Below, piece after piece: positions 9,472 to 19,373 of a stretch of DNA of 64,000 nucleotides. Location of the stretch: the NCBI GenBank assembly GCA_964572825.1, contig CAZNGS010000004.1:29158-93157 (forward strand), given 5' to 3'. The DNA comes from an uncultured candidatus Brocadiaceae bacterium (GTDB lineage Bacteria > Planctomycetota > Brocadiia > SM23-32). The stretch's first letter is position 1. Each line of letters opens with the position of its first letter. The notes beneath the pieces were generated by a model. It did no database searches and was not told where the DNA came from. It saw nothing but the letters and a program-made list of their open reading frames with translations. The position numbers were made by a program, and so were the translations under genes.

Positions 9472-12099
9472 ATGACCATTGATCCGGTCTGCGGTATGGA
9501 GGTGGGGCCGGAGGATGCTGCCGGGAGGAGCGAATACCGGGGGGAAACCTACTATTTCTGCAACCCGCGGTGCAAAGAGCGTTTCGACGCGGATCCGGCG
9601 CAGTTCGTGGGTGCGTCGCAGGAACAGGAGCAGGGCGGGGCGGAAACGATTCAGCTTCCCATTGAGGGGATGACCTGCGCCTCCTGCGCCCAAACGGTGG
9701 AGAAAGCGCTCCGGGCGTTGGCCGGGGTCGAGGACGTCACGGTCAACCTCGCCATCGAAGAGGCGCAGGTTACGTACGATCCCTCGCGGACCGACCGGCA
9801 AGAGATGGCCCGTGCCGTGCGGGAGGCGGGCTACGACGTGGGCGAGCAGGGGTGGCAGTGCGTCCTCTCGATCAGCGACATGAGTTGCGAGTCCTGTGCT
9901 CAGACCATCGGCCGCGCCCTCAGGAAGCGGGACGGCGTCCTCGCCGCCGAGGTAAGCTTTGCCACCGGCCGGGCGGAAGTCCGCCACGACCCGGGGGTGA
10001 TCGGGCCGCAGGAGCTGGTGCAGGCGGTCGCCGACGCTGGCTACACCGCCCGGCTGGGCGAGGCGGAGACCGACCGCAGCCTCCAGCAGATGCACACGGC
10101 CCGTCGTCGCATGTGGCTGGCCTGGGTTGTGACCGGGCCCATGATTCTGCTGATGATCCCGTTCATGCTCGAGCTGGAAGCTCTGGAGGATTTCCGCGTC
10201 TATTATGAGTGGGCGATGGTCGTCCTGGCCGTTCCCGTGCTCTTCGTGGCCGGTCTGAACACCTACCGCAGCGCGTGGAAGGCACTGACCAACCTCTCGC
10301 CCAACATGGACGTTCTCATCCTGCTGGGCAGCGGCTCCGCCTTCGTCACCGGCCCGCTCAGCCTGCTCCGGCTGGGCGTTCACAATTACGCCGGCGTGGG
10401 GGCCATGATCATGGCCTTTCACCTGACGGGCCGCTATGTCGAAGCCAGGGCCAGGGGGCGAGCGAGCAAGGCCATCCGGAAGTTGCTGGAGCTGGGCGCC
10501 AAGACCGCCCGCATCCTCCGAGACGGCCAGGAGGTAGAGGTCCCCGTGGACCAGATCGAGGTGGACGACGTCATGGTGGTCAGGCCGGGCGAGAAGATAC
10601 CCACCGACGGAGTGGTCGTGCGGGGGCGCAGTTCCGTGGACGAGTCGATGGCGACCGGCGAGTCCGTGCCGGTGACCAGGCAGGAGGGCGACGAGGTGAT
10701 CGGAGCCACCGTCAACCAGGAGGGCCTGTTGAGGGTGAGGGCCACCCGGGTGGGCGAGGAGACCTTCCTGGCGAACGTGGTGCGCATGGTCCGCCAGGCC
10801 CAGAGCAGCCGCGTGCCCATTCAGGCGTTCGCGGACCGCGTGACGGCTTACTTCGTTCCCGCGGTCATCGGGCTGTCCGTGCTGACCCTTCTGGTCTGGC
10901 TCATCTTCCAGGAGCCGCTGGGCCGGTGGGCAACGTTCGCGCACCAGTTCATCCCCTGGATCAACCCTGAGGTGGAGGCTGTTTCGCTGGCCATCTTCGC
11001 CGCTGTGGCGGTCATGGTCATCGCCTGTCCCTGCGCGCTGGGGCTGGCCACCCCCACCGCCCTGATGGTGGGAAGCGGCATGGGCGCCCAGAACGGCATC
11101 CTGATTCGGTCCGGTGAGGCAATCCAGGCGATGAAGGACATCCACACCATCCTGCTCGACAAAACCGGCACCCTCACGAAGGGCCAGCCCGAGGTGACGG
11201 ATCTCGTAGGGGTCAGTGACATCGAGGAGGCGGAGATGCTGCGCGTTGCGGCCTCGCTGGAGAGCGCCAGCGAGCATCCGCTGGCCCGGGCCATCCTGCG
11301 GCGGGCGCAAGACGAGGAATTGGACCTGGCAGAGCCGGAGGACTTCGAGGCCGTCAGCGGCAAGGGCGTGCGCGGTGTCCTGGGCGGACAGCGGGCGCTG
11401 GTCGGGACGCCGGCCCTCCTGCAGGCGGAGGGTGTGGACGTCGGGCCGGTCGAGGAGGCCCGCGCAAGGCTCCAGGCCGAGGCCAAGACGGCCGTCCTGG
11501 TGGCGCGGGCGGGAGATGTCATCGGACTCATCGGGATCGCGGACACTCTCAAGGAGGACTCCGCCCGGGCAGTCGCCCGGCTGAAGGAAATGGGTTTCGA
11601 GGTGGTCATGATCACGGGAGACAATGAGCGCACGGCCCGGGCCATAGCCGACCTGGTGGGCATCGACCGGGTGCTGGCCGAAGTCCTGCCCGAACGCAAG
11701 GCCCGCGAGGTGGAGCGCCTGCAGGGCGAGGTGGGCCGCGTGGCCATGGTGGGGGATGGCATCAACGACGCCCCGGCGCTGGCGCAGGCGGACGTGGGAA
11801 TAGCGCTGGGCACGGGAACCGACATTGCGATCGAGAGCGGCGACATCACGCTGGTCCGCGGCGAACTGGGCGCCGTGGTGAGCGCCGTGAAACTCAGCCG
11901 GGCCACCTTCCGCAAGATCAAGCAGAACTTGTTCTGGGCCTTCGGCTACAATATCATTGCCATTCCCGCGGCCATGCTGGGCCTGCTGCATCCGGCCATC
12001 GCTGAGGCCGCCATGGCCTTCAGTTCCGTCAGTGTGGTCTCCAACTCCACGCTCCTGCGCCGCGCCGACATCAGCCCCGACGGAGAAGACAGAGCATGA
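9472..12099 (+). CDS. copA: copper-translocating P1B-type ATPase with an N-terminal YHS/TRASH domain and two HMA domains
   Basis: CGMEV...[12 protein letters not shown] (YHS/TRASH), [15 protein letters not shown] and [15 protein letters not shown] (HMA), the CPC transmembrane motif ([11 protein letters not shown]), DKTGTLT, and GDGINDAP. A purine-rich RBS (GGGGG) lies upstream of the ATG at 9472. Confidence 0.93.
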   Translation: MTIDPVCGMEVGPEDAAGRSEYRGETYYFCNPRCKERFDADPAQFVGASQEQEQGGAETIQLPIEGMTCASCAQTVEKALRALAGVEDVTVNLAIEEAQVTYDPSRTDRQEMARAVREAGYDVGEQGWQCVLSISDMSCESCAQTIGRALRKRDGVLAAEVSFATGRAEVRHDPGVIGPQELVQAVADAGYTARLGEAETDRSLQQMHTARRRMWLAWVVTGPMILLMIPFMLELEALEDFRVYYEWAMVVLAVPVLFVAGLNTYRSAWKALTNLSPNMDVLILLGSGSAFVTGPLSLLRLGVHNYAGVGAMIMAFHLTGRYVEARARGRASKAIRKLLELGAKTARILRDGQEVEVPVDQIEVDDVMVVRPGEKIPTDGVVVRGRSSVDESMATGESVPVTRQEGDEVIGATVNQEGLLRVRATRVGEETFLANVVRMVRQAQSSRVPIQAFADRVTAYFVPAVIGLSVLTLLVWLIFQEPLGRWATFAHQFIPWINPEVEAVSLAIFAAVAVMVIACPCALGLATPTALMVGSGMGAQNGILIRSGEAIQAMKDIHTILLDKTGTLTKGQPEVTDLVGVSDIEEAEMLRVAASLESASEHPLARAILRRAQDEELDLAEPEDFEAVSGKGVRGVLGGQRALVGTPALLQAEGVDVGPVEEARARLQAEAKTAVLVARAGDVIGLIGIADTLKEDSARAVARLKEMGFEVVMITGDNERTARAIADLVGIDRVLAEVLPERKAREVERLQGEVGRVAMVGDGINDAPALAQADVGIALGTGTDIAIESGDITLVRGELGAVVSAVKLSRATFRKIKQNLFWAFGYNIIAIPAAMLGLLHPAIAEAAMAFSSVSVVSNSTLLRRADISPDGEDRA

Positions 12100-12896
12100 T
12101 CGTTGATTTCCACGCCCACGCGTTCCCGGACGACCTGGCCGACCGGGCCATCGAGACGTTGAACGGGCAGATCCCCCGCCACGCATGGGCCGTCCTGGAC
12201 GGCACCGTTTCTGACCTGTTGCGCTCCATGGATGAGGCGGGCATCGAGCGGAGCGTCATCGCCTCCATCGCCACCAAGCCGAGTCAGACCGCGTCCATCC
12301 TGCGCTGGTCCGGGACCATCCGGGGCGAGCGGATCATTCCCTTCGGCTCGGTGCACCCGGAGAGCGCGGACCCGGCGGAGGACGTGGCCAGGATAGCAGA
12401 CGCCGGGCTGCGGGGCGTGAAGCTGCATGCCATGTACCAGGATTTCACGGTGGACGAGCGGCGCATGTGGCCGATCTATGAGGCGATCGCCGGGCGAGGG
12501 CTCATCCTGCTGTTCCACGCGGGCCGGGACGTGGCCTTCCCCCTGGATGACCATCGAGCGGCGCCGGGACGGATTCTCGGGGTGCACCGCGCCTTCCCCG
12601 GGATGCGGGTCGTGGCGGCGCACATGGGCGGATGGAAGATGTGGAACGAGGTTGCCGAGACCCTGGCCGGGGAGGATGTCTGGCTGGAGACTTCCTACAG
12701 CTTCGGAATGGGTGCCGAGGGGGCCCTGGGCGAGATCATCGGGCGGCATCCCCGGGAGAGAATCCTGTTCGGCACCGACAGCCCGTGGACCGATCAGGCG
12801 CAGACGCTGCGCCTTGTCAGGCAGGCCTTTCCCGACGCGGAGACACAGCGGATGGTTTTGTGGGAGAACGCGGAACGGCTGCTCGGCCCGGGATGA
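12096..12896 (+). CDS. metal-dependent amidohydrolase-family (TIM-barrel) hydrolase
   Basis: The N-terminal [11 protein letters not shown] motif is typical of amidohydrolase_2/TatD-like folds, with later HAG..., AAHMGG and FGTDSPW motifs. Its start overlaps the copA stop (ATGA). Confidence 0.75.
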   Translation: MIVDFHAHAFPDDLADRAIETLNGQIPRHAWAVLDGTVSDLLRSMDEAGIERSVIASIATKPSQTASILRWSGTIRGERIIPFGSVHPESADPAEDVARIADAGLRGVKLHAMYQDFTVDERRMWPIYEAIAGRGLILLFHAGRDVAFPLDDHRAAPGRILGVHRAFPGMRVVAAHMGGWKMWNEVAETLAGEDVWLETSYSFGMGAEGALGEIIGRHPRERILFGTDSPWTDQAQTLRLVRQAFPDAETQRMVLWENAERLLGPG

Positions 12897-12906
12897 CCGG
12901 GGGTCT

Positions 12907-13752
12907 TCAGTCCGGCCAGAGCGGCCGTATCTTGACCAGCCCTCCCGAATCCTGGGCGATGTACATCATCCCCTCATCGTCGATGCACAGGCCTTCCTGG
13001 TCCCTGCCCGAGATGGTGTAGGTGCGCACCGGGCTGCCCCGGAGTGTGAACTTGATCAGCACGTTATTGGTGTCGCTGACGGCCAGGAGGTGAGCCGTTG
13101 AGGCATCGTACCAGAGGGCGCTGATATCTATAACATTTGGGTAGAACCAGTTGACGATGCGAATCGGGGCATCTGCGTTGTGAGCGGCCAGCGGCAGTTC
13201 GACTTCCACGATCACGGATTTCTCCTCACCCGGCTCCAGGGTGAAGCTTTGATTGGCGACAAAGAACGCCCCTCCGTGAGCATTCCGGGGATCCGGCACG
13301 AAGCAGATGGCCTCGATTCCCTGTCCCCCCGGTTTGAACAGCTCGAAGTCGCCCACTGACCGGGGCAGGGCGAACTCACGCGTAATATCGAGAGTCTCCG
13401 GGTCCACCTCGAGTATCTTCTCTTCCCCCTCCACCGCTACATAAAGAAGCCCCGAGGCAGGCACGCAGGTCACCCCCTCCAGGTCCGCGCCGGCGCGCAG
13501 GACCCGCTGGTGGAGGATCTCCCCCTCCCTGCTAAGTTCGGCGATATCCCCCTCGTCGCCCACGAGGAACAGAGTTCCCCGGACCGGGTGGAAGGTCAGA
13601 CCCGAAGGTTCGTTGAAAGGCACCCCAAGTATATCACCCACCCATTCGTAAGGCAGCACAACCGAGCGCGGATCCCGCACTGGCCGGCGGCCGGTGCAGG
13701 CGCAGCCCGCGCAAGCCAGGAAGATTCCTGCAACAGCACCGACCGTTACCAT
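12907..13752 (-). CDS. SdiA-regulated/YjiK-like beta-propeller lipoprotein
   Basis: Lipobox-like N-terminus (MVTVGAVAGIFLACAGCAC) and repeated propeller-like segments (PSGLTFHPVRGTLFLVGDEGDIAEL, LEGVTCVP..LLYVAVEGE, EAICFVPD, SALWYDAS..LLAVSD, EGLCIDDEGMMYIAQD). The start is chosen at the internal ATG 13752. Confidence 0.65.
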   Translation of the reverse strand: MVTVGAVAGIFLACAGCACTGRRPVRDPRSVVLPYEWVGDILGVPFNEPSGLTFHPVRGTLFLVGDEGDIAELSREGEILHQRVLRAGADLEGVTCVPASGLLYVAVEGEEKILEVDPETLDITREFALPRSVGDFELFKPGGQGIEAICFVPDPRNAHGGAFFVANQSFTLEPGEEKSVIVEVELPLAAHNADAPIRIVNWFYPNVIDISALWYDASTAHLLAVSDTNNVLIKFTLRGSPVRTYTISGRDQEGLCIDDEGMMYIAQDSGGLVKIRPLWPD

Positions 13753-13952
13753 CGAGCGCCAGGCCTTCAAATCTTTTCCCCTTGCCAGAGCCGATGGGTC
13801 GGACGCACCGCAGTGCACGGGTGCGTTCGCGTCCGCTCCCCGCTGAAAACCCAGATTATAGCCGGCCTGGCTTCCCGTTGGAAACGGAAAAGAGGCCGCC
13901 CTCATGGCCATTCAACTATCGGCCTTCCGTGTCGTTCACGGGCTCCCGGGCA

Positions 13953-13981
13953 TTGCCACGTGGGCGGAGAGGCATTATACT
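13953..13981 (+). promoter_or_regulatory. candidate sigma70-type promoter of the DUF362 gene
   Basis: TTGCCA (13953-13958), a 17-bp spacer, then TATACT (13976-13981), about 70 nt upstream of the ATG at 14053. Confidence 0.4.
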
Positions 13982-14052
13982 GATATGTGAGGCGGTGAGG
14001 TTGGAAGGACATGACCCGATTCTGGCTGAGTGAAATGTGGAAGGGAGACGCA

Positions 14053-15168
14053 ATGTCCGAGAAGGCACTTTCGCGCAGGGGTTTTCTGAGGACAACGGCG
14101 GCGGGGGCTCTCGCTCTGGGGGCGTTGCCGACCATCATCACGCCGCGCAGGGCGGAGGCATATCAACCGGGAGCGCCGATCCATCCGAACATGGACCCCC
14201 TCCGTGTGGTTGGATTGCACGCCCCGGCGATGACGACTTCCCCGGCTGTGCCCCCGGAATGGGCGGCGCAGGAGAAGCTGGTTGCCCCCAACGTCGTGCA
14301 GCAGAACGTCCACCGCCTGGCGATGGCCCTGGCCGAGGAGAGTTCTGAGGAAAAGGCGTGGAACAAGCTCATCGTCAAGCCGGCGGACAAGGGCTGGGGC
14401 GACGTCCTGGTGGCCATCAAGACCAACAACATCTGCCACCAGCACACCCACAGCCCGGTGATGGCAACGGTGTGCCACGCGCTGACGGACGTGCTGGGCG
14501 TGAATCCCCGGAACATCACGATCTACGACGCCAAGCACGGCGGCAACATGTCCAGAAGCACGCCGTTCAAGGGGCTGCCGGACGGTGTACGGGTGGCCGA
14601 CAAGTGGGGCGGCTTCAGTGCCAAAACGACCGTCCCCGCTCCCTACCTGGATGGAAACGCGGAGCGGTCCTGCCTCGAGCACCTGGTGAACGGGACCGTG
14701 GACATCCTGATCAACATCGCCATGTGCAAGGGCCACGGCGGGCAGTTTGGCGGCTTCACACTGTCCATGAAGAATCACTTCGGCACCTTCGATCCGCAGC
14801 CGGGTCACGGGGAAGGCGGCGGCGCAGACTACGTGATCGGCATCAACAAAAGCCCCGAGGTCCTGGGTGCGACGGACCCTCGCACGGGACGAGTCCTCTT
14901 CCCGCGGCAGCAACTGGTGCTGATCGACGCCCTGTGGGCCAGCGGAGGGGGTGGGCCGTGCGCGCGCCCGAGCGACCAGCTCAACACGCTGGTGATGGGC
15001 ACCTTCGGCCCGGCCGTGGACTACGTGGTGGCCACGAAGGTCCGCCAGGAGAGGATGGGCTGGCGCATCAACCAGCAGGTGGCGGACCGCTTCCTGGCGG
15101 AGTTCGGTTTCAGCAACGAAGACCTGCCCCAGGGTGGCCGGTTGATCGATGCCGCGGCGATCGCGTGA
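14053..15168 (+). CDS. DUF362 domain protein with a twin-arginine (TAT) signal
   Basis: MSEKALSRRGFLRTTAAGALALGALP is a TAT motif. DUF362-like core segments follow: VAIKTNNICHQHTHSP, DILINIAMCKGHGGQFGGFTLSMKNHFGTF and LVLIDALWAS. An RBS GGGAG precedes the ATG. Confidence 0.7.
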   Translation: MSEKALSRRGFLRTTAAGALALGALPTIITPRRAEAYQPGAPIHPNMDPLRVVGLHAPAMTTSPAVPPEWAAQEKLVAPNVVQQNVHRLAMALAEESSEEKAWNKLIVKPADKGWGDVLVAIKTNNICHQHTHSPVMATVCHALTDVLGVNPRNITIYDAKHGGNMSRSTPFKGLPDGVRVADKWGGFSAKTTVPAPYLDGNAERSCLEHLVNGTVDILINIAMCKGHGGQFGGFTLSMKNHFGTFDPQPGHGEGGGADYVIGINKSPEVLGATDPRTGRVLFPRQQLVLIDALWASGGGGPCARPSDQLNTLVMGTFGPAVDYVVATKVRQERMGWRINQQVADRFLAEFGFSNEDLPQGGRLIDAAAIA

Positions 15169-15174
15169 GGACGC

Positions 15175-16116
15175 TCAGTCGGGCCCTTCCAGGGCCACGC
15201 TCACCAGTTCGTCCAGCGTGCTGGTGGCCACACAGAAGCACGTGTCCGCGGCACCATAGTAGACCTTCAGGCTGCCGTCCTGCTCGGGGATCGCAGCGGA
15301 CGGATAGACGACGTTGTTGATGTCGCCGATCCGCTCGTAATCGGTGCGGGGCGCCAGAACGGGGATGGGGCTGCGGCCCAGCACCACGGAGGGGTCCTCC
15401 AGGTCCAGCACCACGACCCCGGCGCGATAGATGGGGCCCCCGCCGGTCATCTTGATCCCGTGGTATATCTCCAGCCAGCCCCGGGGGGTTTCGATGGGCG
15501 TTGTGGAGCCGCCCACGCGATAAGAGTCCCAGTAGCCGGGCCGGGGCGAGACCAGCACGCGGCTCTCGCCCCAGTGCAGCAGGTCGTCCGAGAAAGATAT
15601 CCAGATGCGCCCGATGTCGTTGCCCACCGGCCGGTCCAGCCGCGCGTAGCGCCCGTTTATCTTCCGGGGGAAAAGTATCCCGTCCTTATTGCCCGGTTCG
15701 CTGATGATACCGAGCCGTTTGAAGGACATGAGGTCTTCGGTGCGCGCCAGCGCCATCACCGGGCCGTAACCGCTGAAAGCGGTGTAGGTGACGTAGACGG
15801 TGCCTTCCAGGACGGTAATGCGGGGGTCCTCCACGCCGGCCACTTCGTATTTCTGCATGTGGCCTTCCGTGGCCGGCGTCATGACGGGCAACTCCTCCAG
15901 CTCGAAATCGTAGCCGTCCCGGCTGCGGCCCAGCGCGAAGACCGAGTATCCGTGCTGCCCCTCCACCCGCAGCAGTATGCGGTACGCGCCGTCCAGCTTG
16001 ACGGCCGACCCGTTGAACACCGTGTTGCAGGTGAAGGGGATGTCGGCTGCGGTGATGAGGGGGTTACCCGCGTGGCGCCGCAGGATATCCTGTTCGACCA
16101 GCCAGGGCATGCTCAT
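15175..16116 (-). CDS. glycoside hydrolase family 130 protein
   Basis: NPLITAADIPF...VFNGSAVKLDG, EDPRITVLEGTVYVTYTAF, LFPRKINGRYARLDRP, HWGESRVL..PRPGYWDSYRVGGSTTPIETPRGWLEIYHG, YYGAADTCFCVAT. The start ATG at 16116 overlaps the upstream paralog's stop (ATGA). Confidence 0.88.
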   Translation of the reverse strand: MSMPWLVEQDILRRHAGNPLITAADIPFTCNTVFNGSAVKLDGAYRILLRVEGQHGYSVFALGRSRDGYDFELEELPVMTPATEGHMQKYEVAGVEDPRITVLEGTVYVTYTAFSGYGPVMALARTEDLMSFKRLGIISEPGNKDGILFPRKINGRYARLDRPVGNDIGRIWISFSDDLLHWGESRVLVSPRPGYWDSYRVGGSTTPIETPRGWLEIYHGIKMTGGGPIYRAGVVVLDLEDPSVVLGRSPIPVLAPRTDYERIGDINNVVYPSAAIPEQDGSLKVYYGAADTCFCVATSTLDELVSVALEGPD

Positions 16117-17057
16117 AGGGCTTCTCTGGCTTTCTCCGGGTAGCAGGTGTATTCCAATGTGTCGAGGGAGACCGATCCCAGGCAGATGCAACTGTCCGCC
16201 GCGCCGTAGTAAATGTCCACCTCAGCCCCGTCCCGGGACGGGATGGCGCCACAGGCGAACACCAGGTTGGGAACATCGCCGATGCGTTCGTAGCGCTCCT
16301 TGGGGGAGAGCAGGGGGACGTTGCATCGTCCCAGCACGCGGGAAGGCTCTTCCAGGTCCAGGAAGGCGGCTCCCAGGCGGAAAAGCGGCCCTCCGGGGGT
16401 GTTCTTCACCCCGTAATAGAACAGGAGCCATCCCTCGGAGGTCTCGATCGGAGGCACCGATGCACCGATGCGGTGGCTGTCCCAGTAGCCGCCTCGGTGG
16501 GTCATTACGATGTCCCAGCTTCCCCAGTGCACCAGGTCGTCGGAGTAGCTGATCCAGATGTTGCCCCCTTCCTGCGGCCTCTCCAGGCGCGCGAACCGGC
16601 CCTTGATGCGGCGGGGGAAGAGCACCCCGTTTTTCGTGTCGGGTTCGGAGACCACGGAGATGCGTTCGATGCTGCGGAAATCTGCCGTGCGGGCCAGACA
16701 CAGGCGGAAACCATACTGGCTGTAGGCCAGGTAGACGATGTAGTATGTGCCCTCCAGCAGCGTGATACGGGCATCCCGAACCCCTCCCGCCTCGTAGGGC
16801 GCGAAGATGCCCTCCTTTGCCGGCTCGAGAACGGGTTCCTTCTCGATCTTGAACTGTCGGCCGTCCTCGCTGCTGGCCCGGTATATGGCGCACCTTCCGT
16901 CGAGCCTTTCCACCGTGACCAGCAGGACGCAGCGCCCTTCGTGCCGGACGGCGCCGGCGTTGTGGACGTCGCTGGCCGCGAAACAAAGATCGTCGATCGA
17001 CAGGACGGGGTTGCCGTCCCAGCGCTCCACGACGTTCTTGGGGATCTTGGCGGTCAT
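16113..17057 (-). CDS. glycoside hydrolase family 130 protein
   Basis: MTAKIPKNVVERWDGNPVLSIDDL..., RDARITLLEGTYYIVYLAY, LFPRRIKGRFARLERP, HWGSWDIV..GGYWDSHRIGASVPPIETSEGWLLFYYG, YYGAADSCICLGS. The track ORF is extended upstream by run-on. Confidence 0.88.
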   Translation of the reverse strand: MTAKIPKNVVERWDGNPVLSIDDLCFAASDVHNAGAVRHEGRCVLLVTVERLDGRCAIYRASSEDGRQFKIEKEPVLEPAKEGIFAPYEAGGVRDARITLLEGTYYIVYLAYSQYGFRLCLARTADFRSIERISVVSEPDTKNGVLFPRRIKGRFARLERPQEGGNIWISYSDDLVHWGSWDIVMTHRGGYWDSHRIGASVPPIETSEGWLLFYYGVKNTPGGPLFRLGAAFLDLEEPSRVLGRCNVPLLSPKERYERIGDVPNLVFACGAIPSRDGAEVDIYYGAADSCICLGSVSLDTLEYTCYPEKAREAL

Positions 17058-17182
17058 GTTCAGGGTCGTGATTATGCACTGACCGAGCCCCCAAATGCAA
17101 GTCGGCACGCCCGTCGCTTTGTGAATCGCGGCGCTTTCCGGTATACAGGACGGTGACACTTGCGCAGCAACCGGGGTGGGGA

Positions 17183-19360
17183 ATGGATGCCCTTCTGAAA
17201 CTTGCCAAGAAGGAAAAGCTGGACGAGCTGGAGTCGGCCTGGATGCTGGCCGTCGAGGAGGGGAGCACGGACGTGGACGTGCTCCTGGAGGCCGCCGAAG
17301 TCCTGGTCGAGCGCGGGCACAGGGCGCAGGCGGAGTCACTGCTGTGGTACCTGGCGGGCGCCCTGCAGGAAGACGGCGAGCCGGAGGCCGCCTTCCGTGC
17401 GGCAAGGCGTGGAGCAATGCTTCTGCCCGAGAGCCGGCCCCTCCGGGACGTGCTGCTGGATCTTTCCGCCCGCGTACTGGAGGACGTGCCGGGGGCCGAG
17501 CAGATCGTGCAGGTCACCGTGGGGGACGAGGGGCTGCCGCTGGACCGGGCCCTGGCGGCTCTGGATGGACTTATTGCCCTGGGGCCCGGTTCCTACGTCT
17601 ATGACGTCGGTGCCGACGCGGTGGGCTGTGTCCGCTCCGTGGACACAGCCCGGGGCGGACTGGTCGTCGAGTTCGAGGACGGCGACCGGGTCGTGCCGCC
17701 CGGCGAGGCGGGAACGCTGGAGATTCTGCCGGATGACGATTTCCGGGCGCTCAATCTTTTTGACCGGGACAGGCTGCGTTGCCTGGCGCAGGAAGCCCCC
17801 GAGGAGCTGGTCAGCATGGTGCTGCGGGCGGTGGACCGCCGGATGGAGCTTCGGCGGCTGCGCATTTACCTGGAGCCCGTGGTGGATTCATGGGGTCGAT
17901 GGTGGTCGGGGACGCGGGATCGGTTGAAGCGGTCGGCGGAGGTGGGCATGACCAGCGGGCGTTCTCCGTCCGTGTTCCTGCGCAGAAAGCCCCTCACGCA
18001 CCAGGAGAGGTTGCTCAGGAGATTCCGCGGCCAGTCCGAGGCCACGGCGGCGGCGCGCGTCGCCCTCGAGGCACTGCGGGAGGCGCGGGCCCACGCGGAC
18101 GTGGCGGCGCAATTGGTGGCGCCGCTGGCCGAGGGGCTGCGCGAGCTTGTCGTGGGCTGCCCGGACGGGGAGTCGTGGCGCGCACTGCCGGCCGCCGCCG
18201 TGTTCGACGCCCTGCGGCGGGAGTTTCCAGAGCGGATACCGACCGAAGCACCCGAGGTGGGCGGCCCGCTGGGGCCGGCGGCCGAGTCGCTGTCCCGGAA
18301 CGTGCAGGATGAAGGTCTGCTGGTGGCGACGCTCCGGTTCATTCGGCGCCGCTTCCCGGAGGAGTGGCCGGGGCTCTTTGCGCGCATGATGCCTTCGATG
18401 CCCCGCCAGGCCTGCCGGGTGGCCGGGGATATGCTGGCGGAGGAAGCTCCCGAAACGCTGGCGGAGGCGTGCGAGAGTATCCTCTCGCGTTCCGGCGGGG
18501 AGGCCGGTGCCCTCACGTGGCTGTGGCGCCGGCGGACCGGGGCGGAGCCTCCGGCGCCCATCGCGGACCTCGATGCGATCTCGATTCTGTTCAGGCTGCT
18601 CTCTGCGGGGACTTCCATCGTGCGGGACGCTTCGCTGGGGGAGGAGCGTCGGAAGTCGGAGGTGGCGCAGATACGCTCGGCGCTGCTGCTGCGCGACGGA
18701 GCGGCGCTGGAAGCCGCCCTGGAGGAGGCGTCCCCGGACCAACTGGCCCCTCTCACGAGCATGGTGCAGCGTAATCCCGCGTTGACGCCCCAGATTCAGG
18801 GCCGTCTGATGGAGATGCTCGCCCGGCACGCACCTGCCCTGGTCGTGGCCGAAGTGCCGCCGTGGGAGCAGGACGTGATCTATAATACCGCCCGTGGTAT
18901 TGAGAAGCGGAAGGCTGAACTTGAACGGGTCGTGCACGTCCGTCTGCCCCAGGTGATCCGGGAGCTCGGCCAGGCGGCGCAGCTCGGCGATATCAGCGAC
19001 AATGCCGATTATCAATCGGCCCTCCGCGAGCGCGGCCGTCTGGCGGAGCTGGCCGAACGTATGCGGGAGGAGATATCGCGCGCCCGACCCATCACCCCGT
19101 CAACGGGCGGCGGCGACTGCGTCACGGTCGGCAGCAGAGTCACGGCGCGCAATCTCGCCACGGGCCAGCAGGAGTCCTTCACTTTCCTGGGACCCTGGGA
19201 TGCGGATCTGGCCGAGGGCATCTACGGCTACGACGCGTCCCTCGGCAAGGCCTTCATGGGCAAGAAGGTCGGGGACGTGGTCAGCTTCAGGCGGGGCGCC
19301 GAGGAACGCCGCTGGGAGATACTCGATATCTCGCCGGCCGAACTTCCCGGCTCTTCCTGA
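17183..19360 (+). CDS. large protein with a complete C-terminal GreA/GreB-like module
   Basis: The last ~160 aa resemble Gre factors. There is a coiled-coil (GIEKRKAELERVVHVRLPQVIRELGQAAQLGDISDNADYQSALRERGRLAELAERMREEISRARPI) and a C-terminal domain (VTVGSRVTARNLATGQQESFTFLGPWDADLAEGIYGYDASLGKAFMGKKVGDVVSF). These are preceded by ~565 aa of helical sequence. Confidence 0.75.
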   Translation: MDALLKLAKKEKLDELESAWMLAVEEGSTDVDVLLEAAEVLVERGHRAQAESLLWYLAGALQEDGEPEAAFRAARRGAMLLPESRPLRDVLLDLSARVLEDVPGAEQIVQVTVGDEGLPLDRALAALDGLIALGPGSYVYDVGADAVGCVRSVDTARGGLVVEFEDGDRVVPPGEAGTLEILPDDDFRALNLFDRDRLRCLAQEAPEELVSMVLRAVDRRMELRRLRIYLEPVVDSWGRWWSGTRDRLKRSAEVGMTSGRSPSVFLRRKPLTHQERLLRRFRGQSEATAAARVALEALREARAHADVAAQLVAPLAEGLRELVVGCPDGESWRALPAAAVFDALRREFPERIPTEAPEVGGPLGPAAESLSRNVQDEGLLVATLRFIRRRFPEEWPGLFARMMPSMPRQACRVAGDMLAEEAPETLAEACESILSRSGGEAGALTWLWRRRTGAEPPAPIADLDAISILFRLLSAGTSIVRDASLGEERRKSEVAQIRSALLLRDGAALEAALEEASPDQLAPLTSMVQRNPALTPQIQGRLMEMLARHAPALVVAEVPPWEQDVIYNTARGIEKRKAELERVVHVRLPQVIRELGQAAQLGDISDNADYQSALRERGRLAELAERMREEISRARPITPSTGGGDCVTVGSRVTARNLATGQQESFTFLGPWDADLAEGIYGYDASLGKAFMGKKVGDVVSFRRGAEERRWEILDISPAELPGSS

Positions 19361-19373
19361 CCCGCCTGTGCCG

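Noticed and set aside
9310-12186. The upstream ~960 aa of the 1632-aa minus-strand ORF 7288..12186.
   Set aside because: Only the C-terminal 673 aa, from ATG 9309, are transketolase. The rest is an open antisense frame across copA and the amidohydrolase, with low-complexity R/G/P/H composition.
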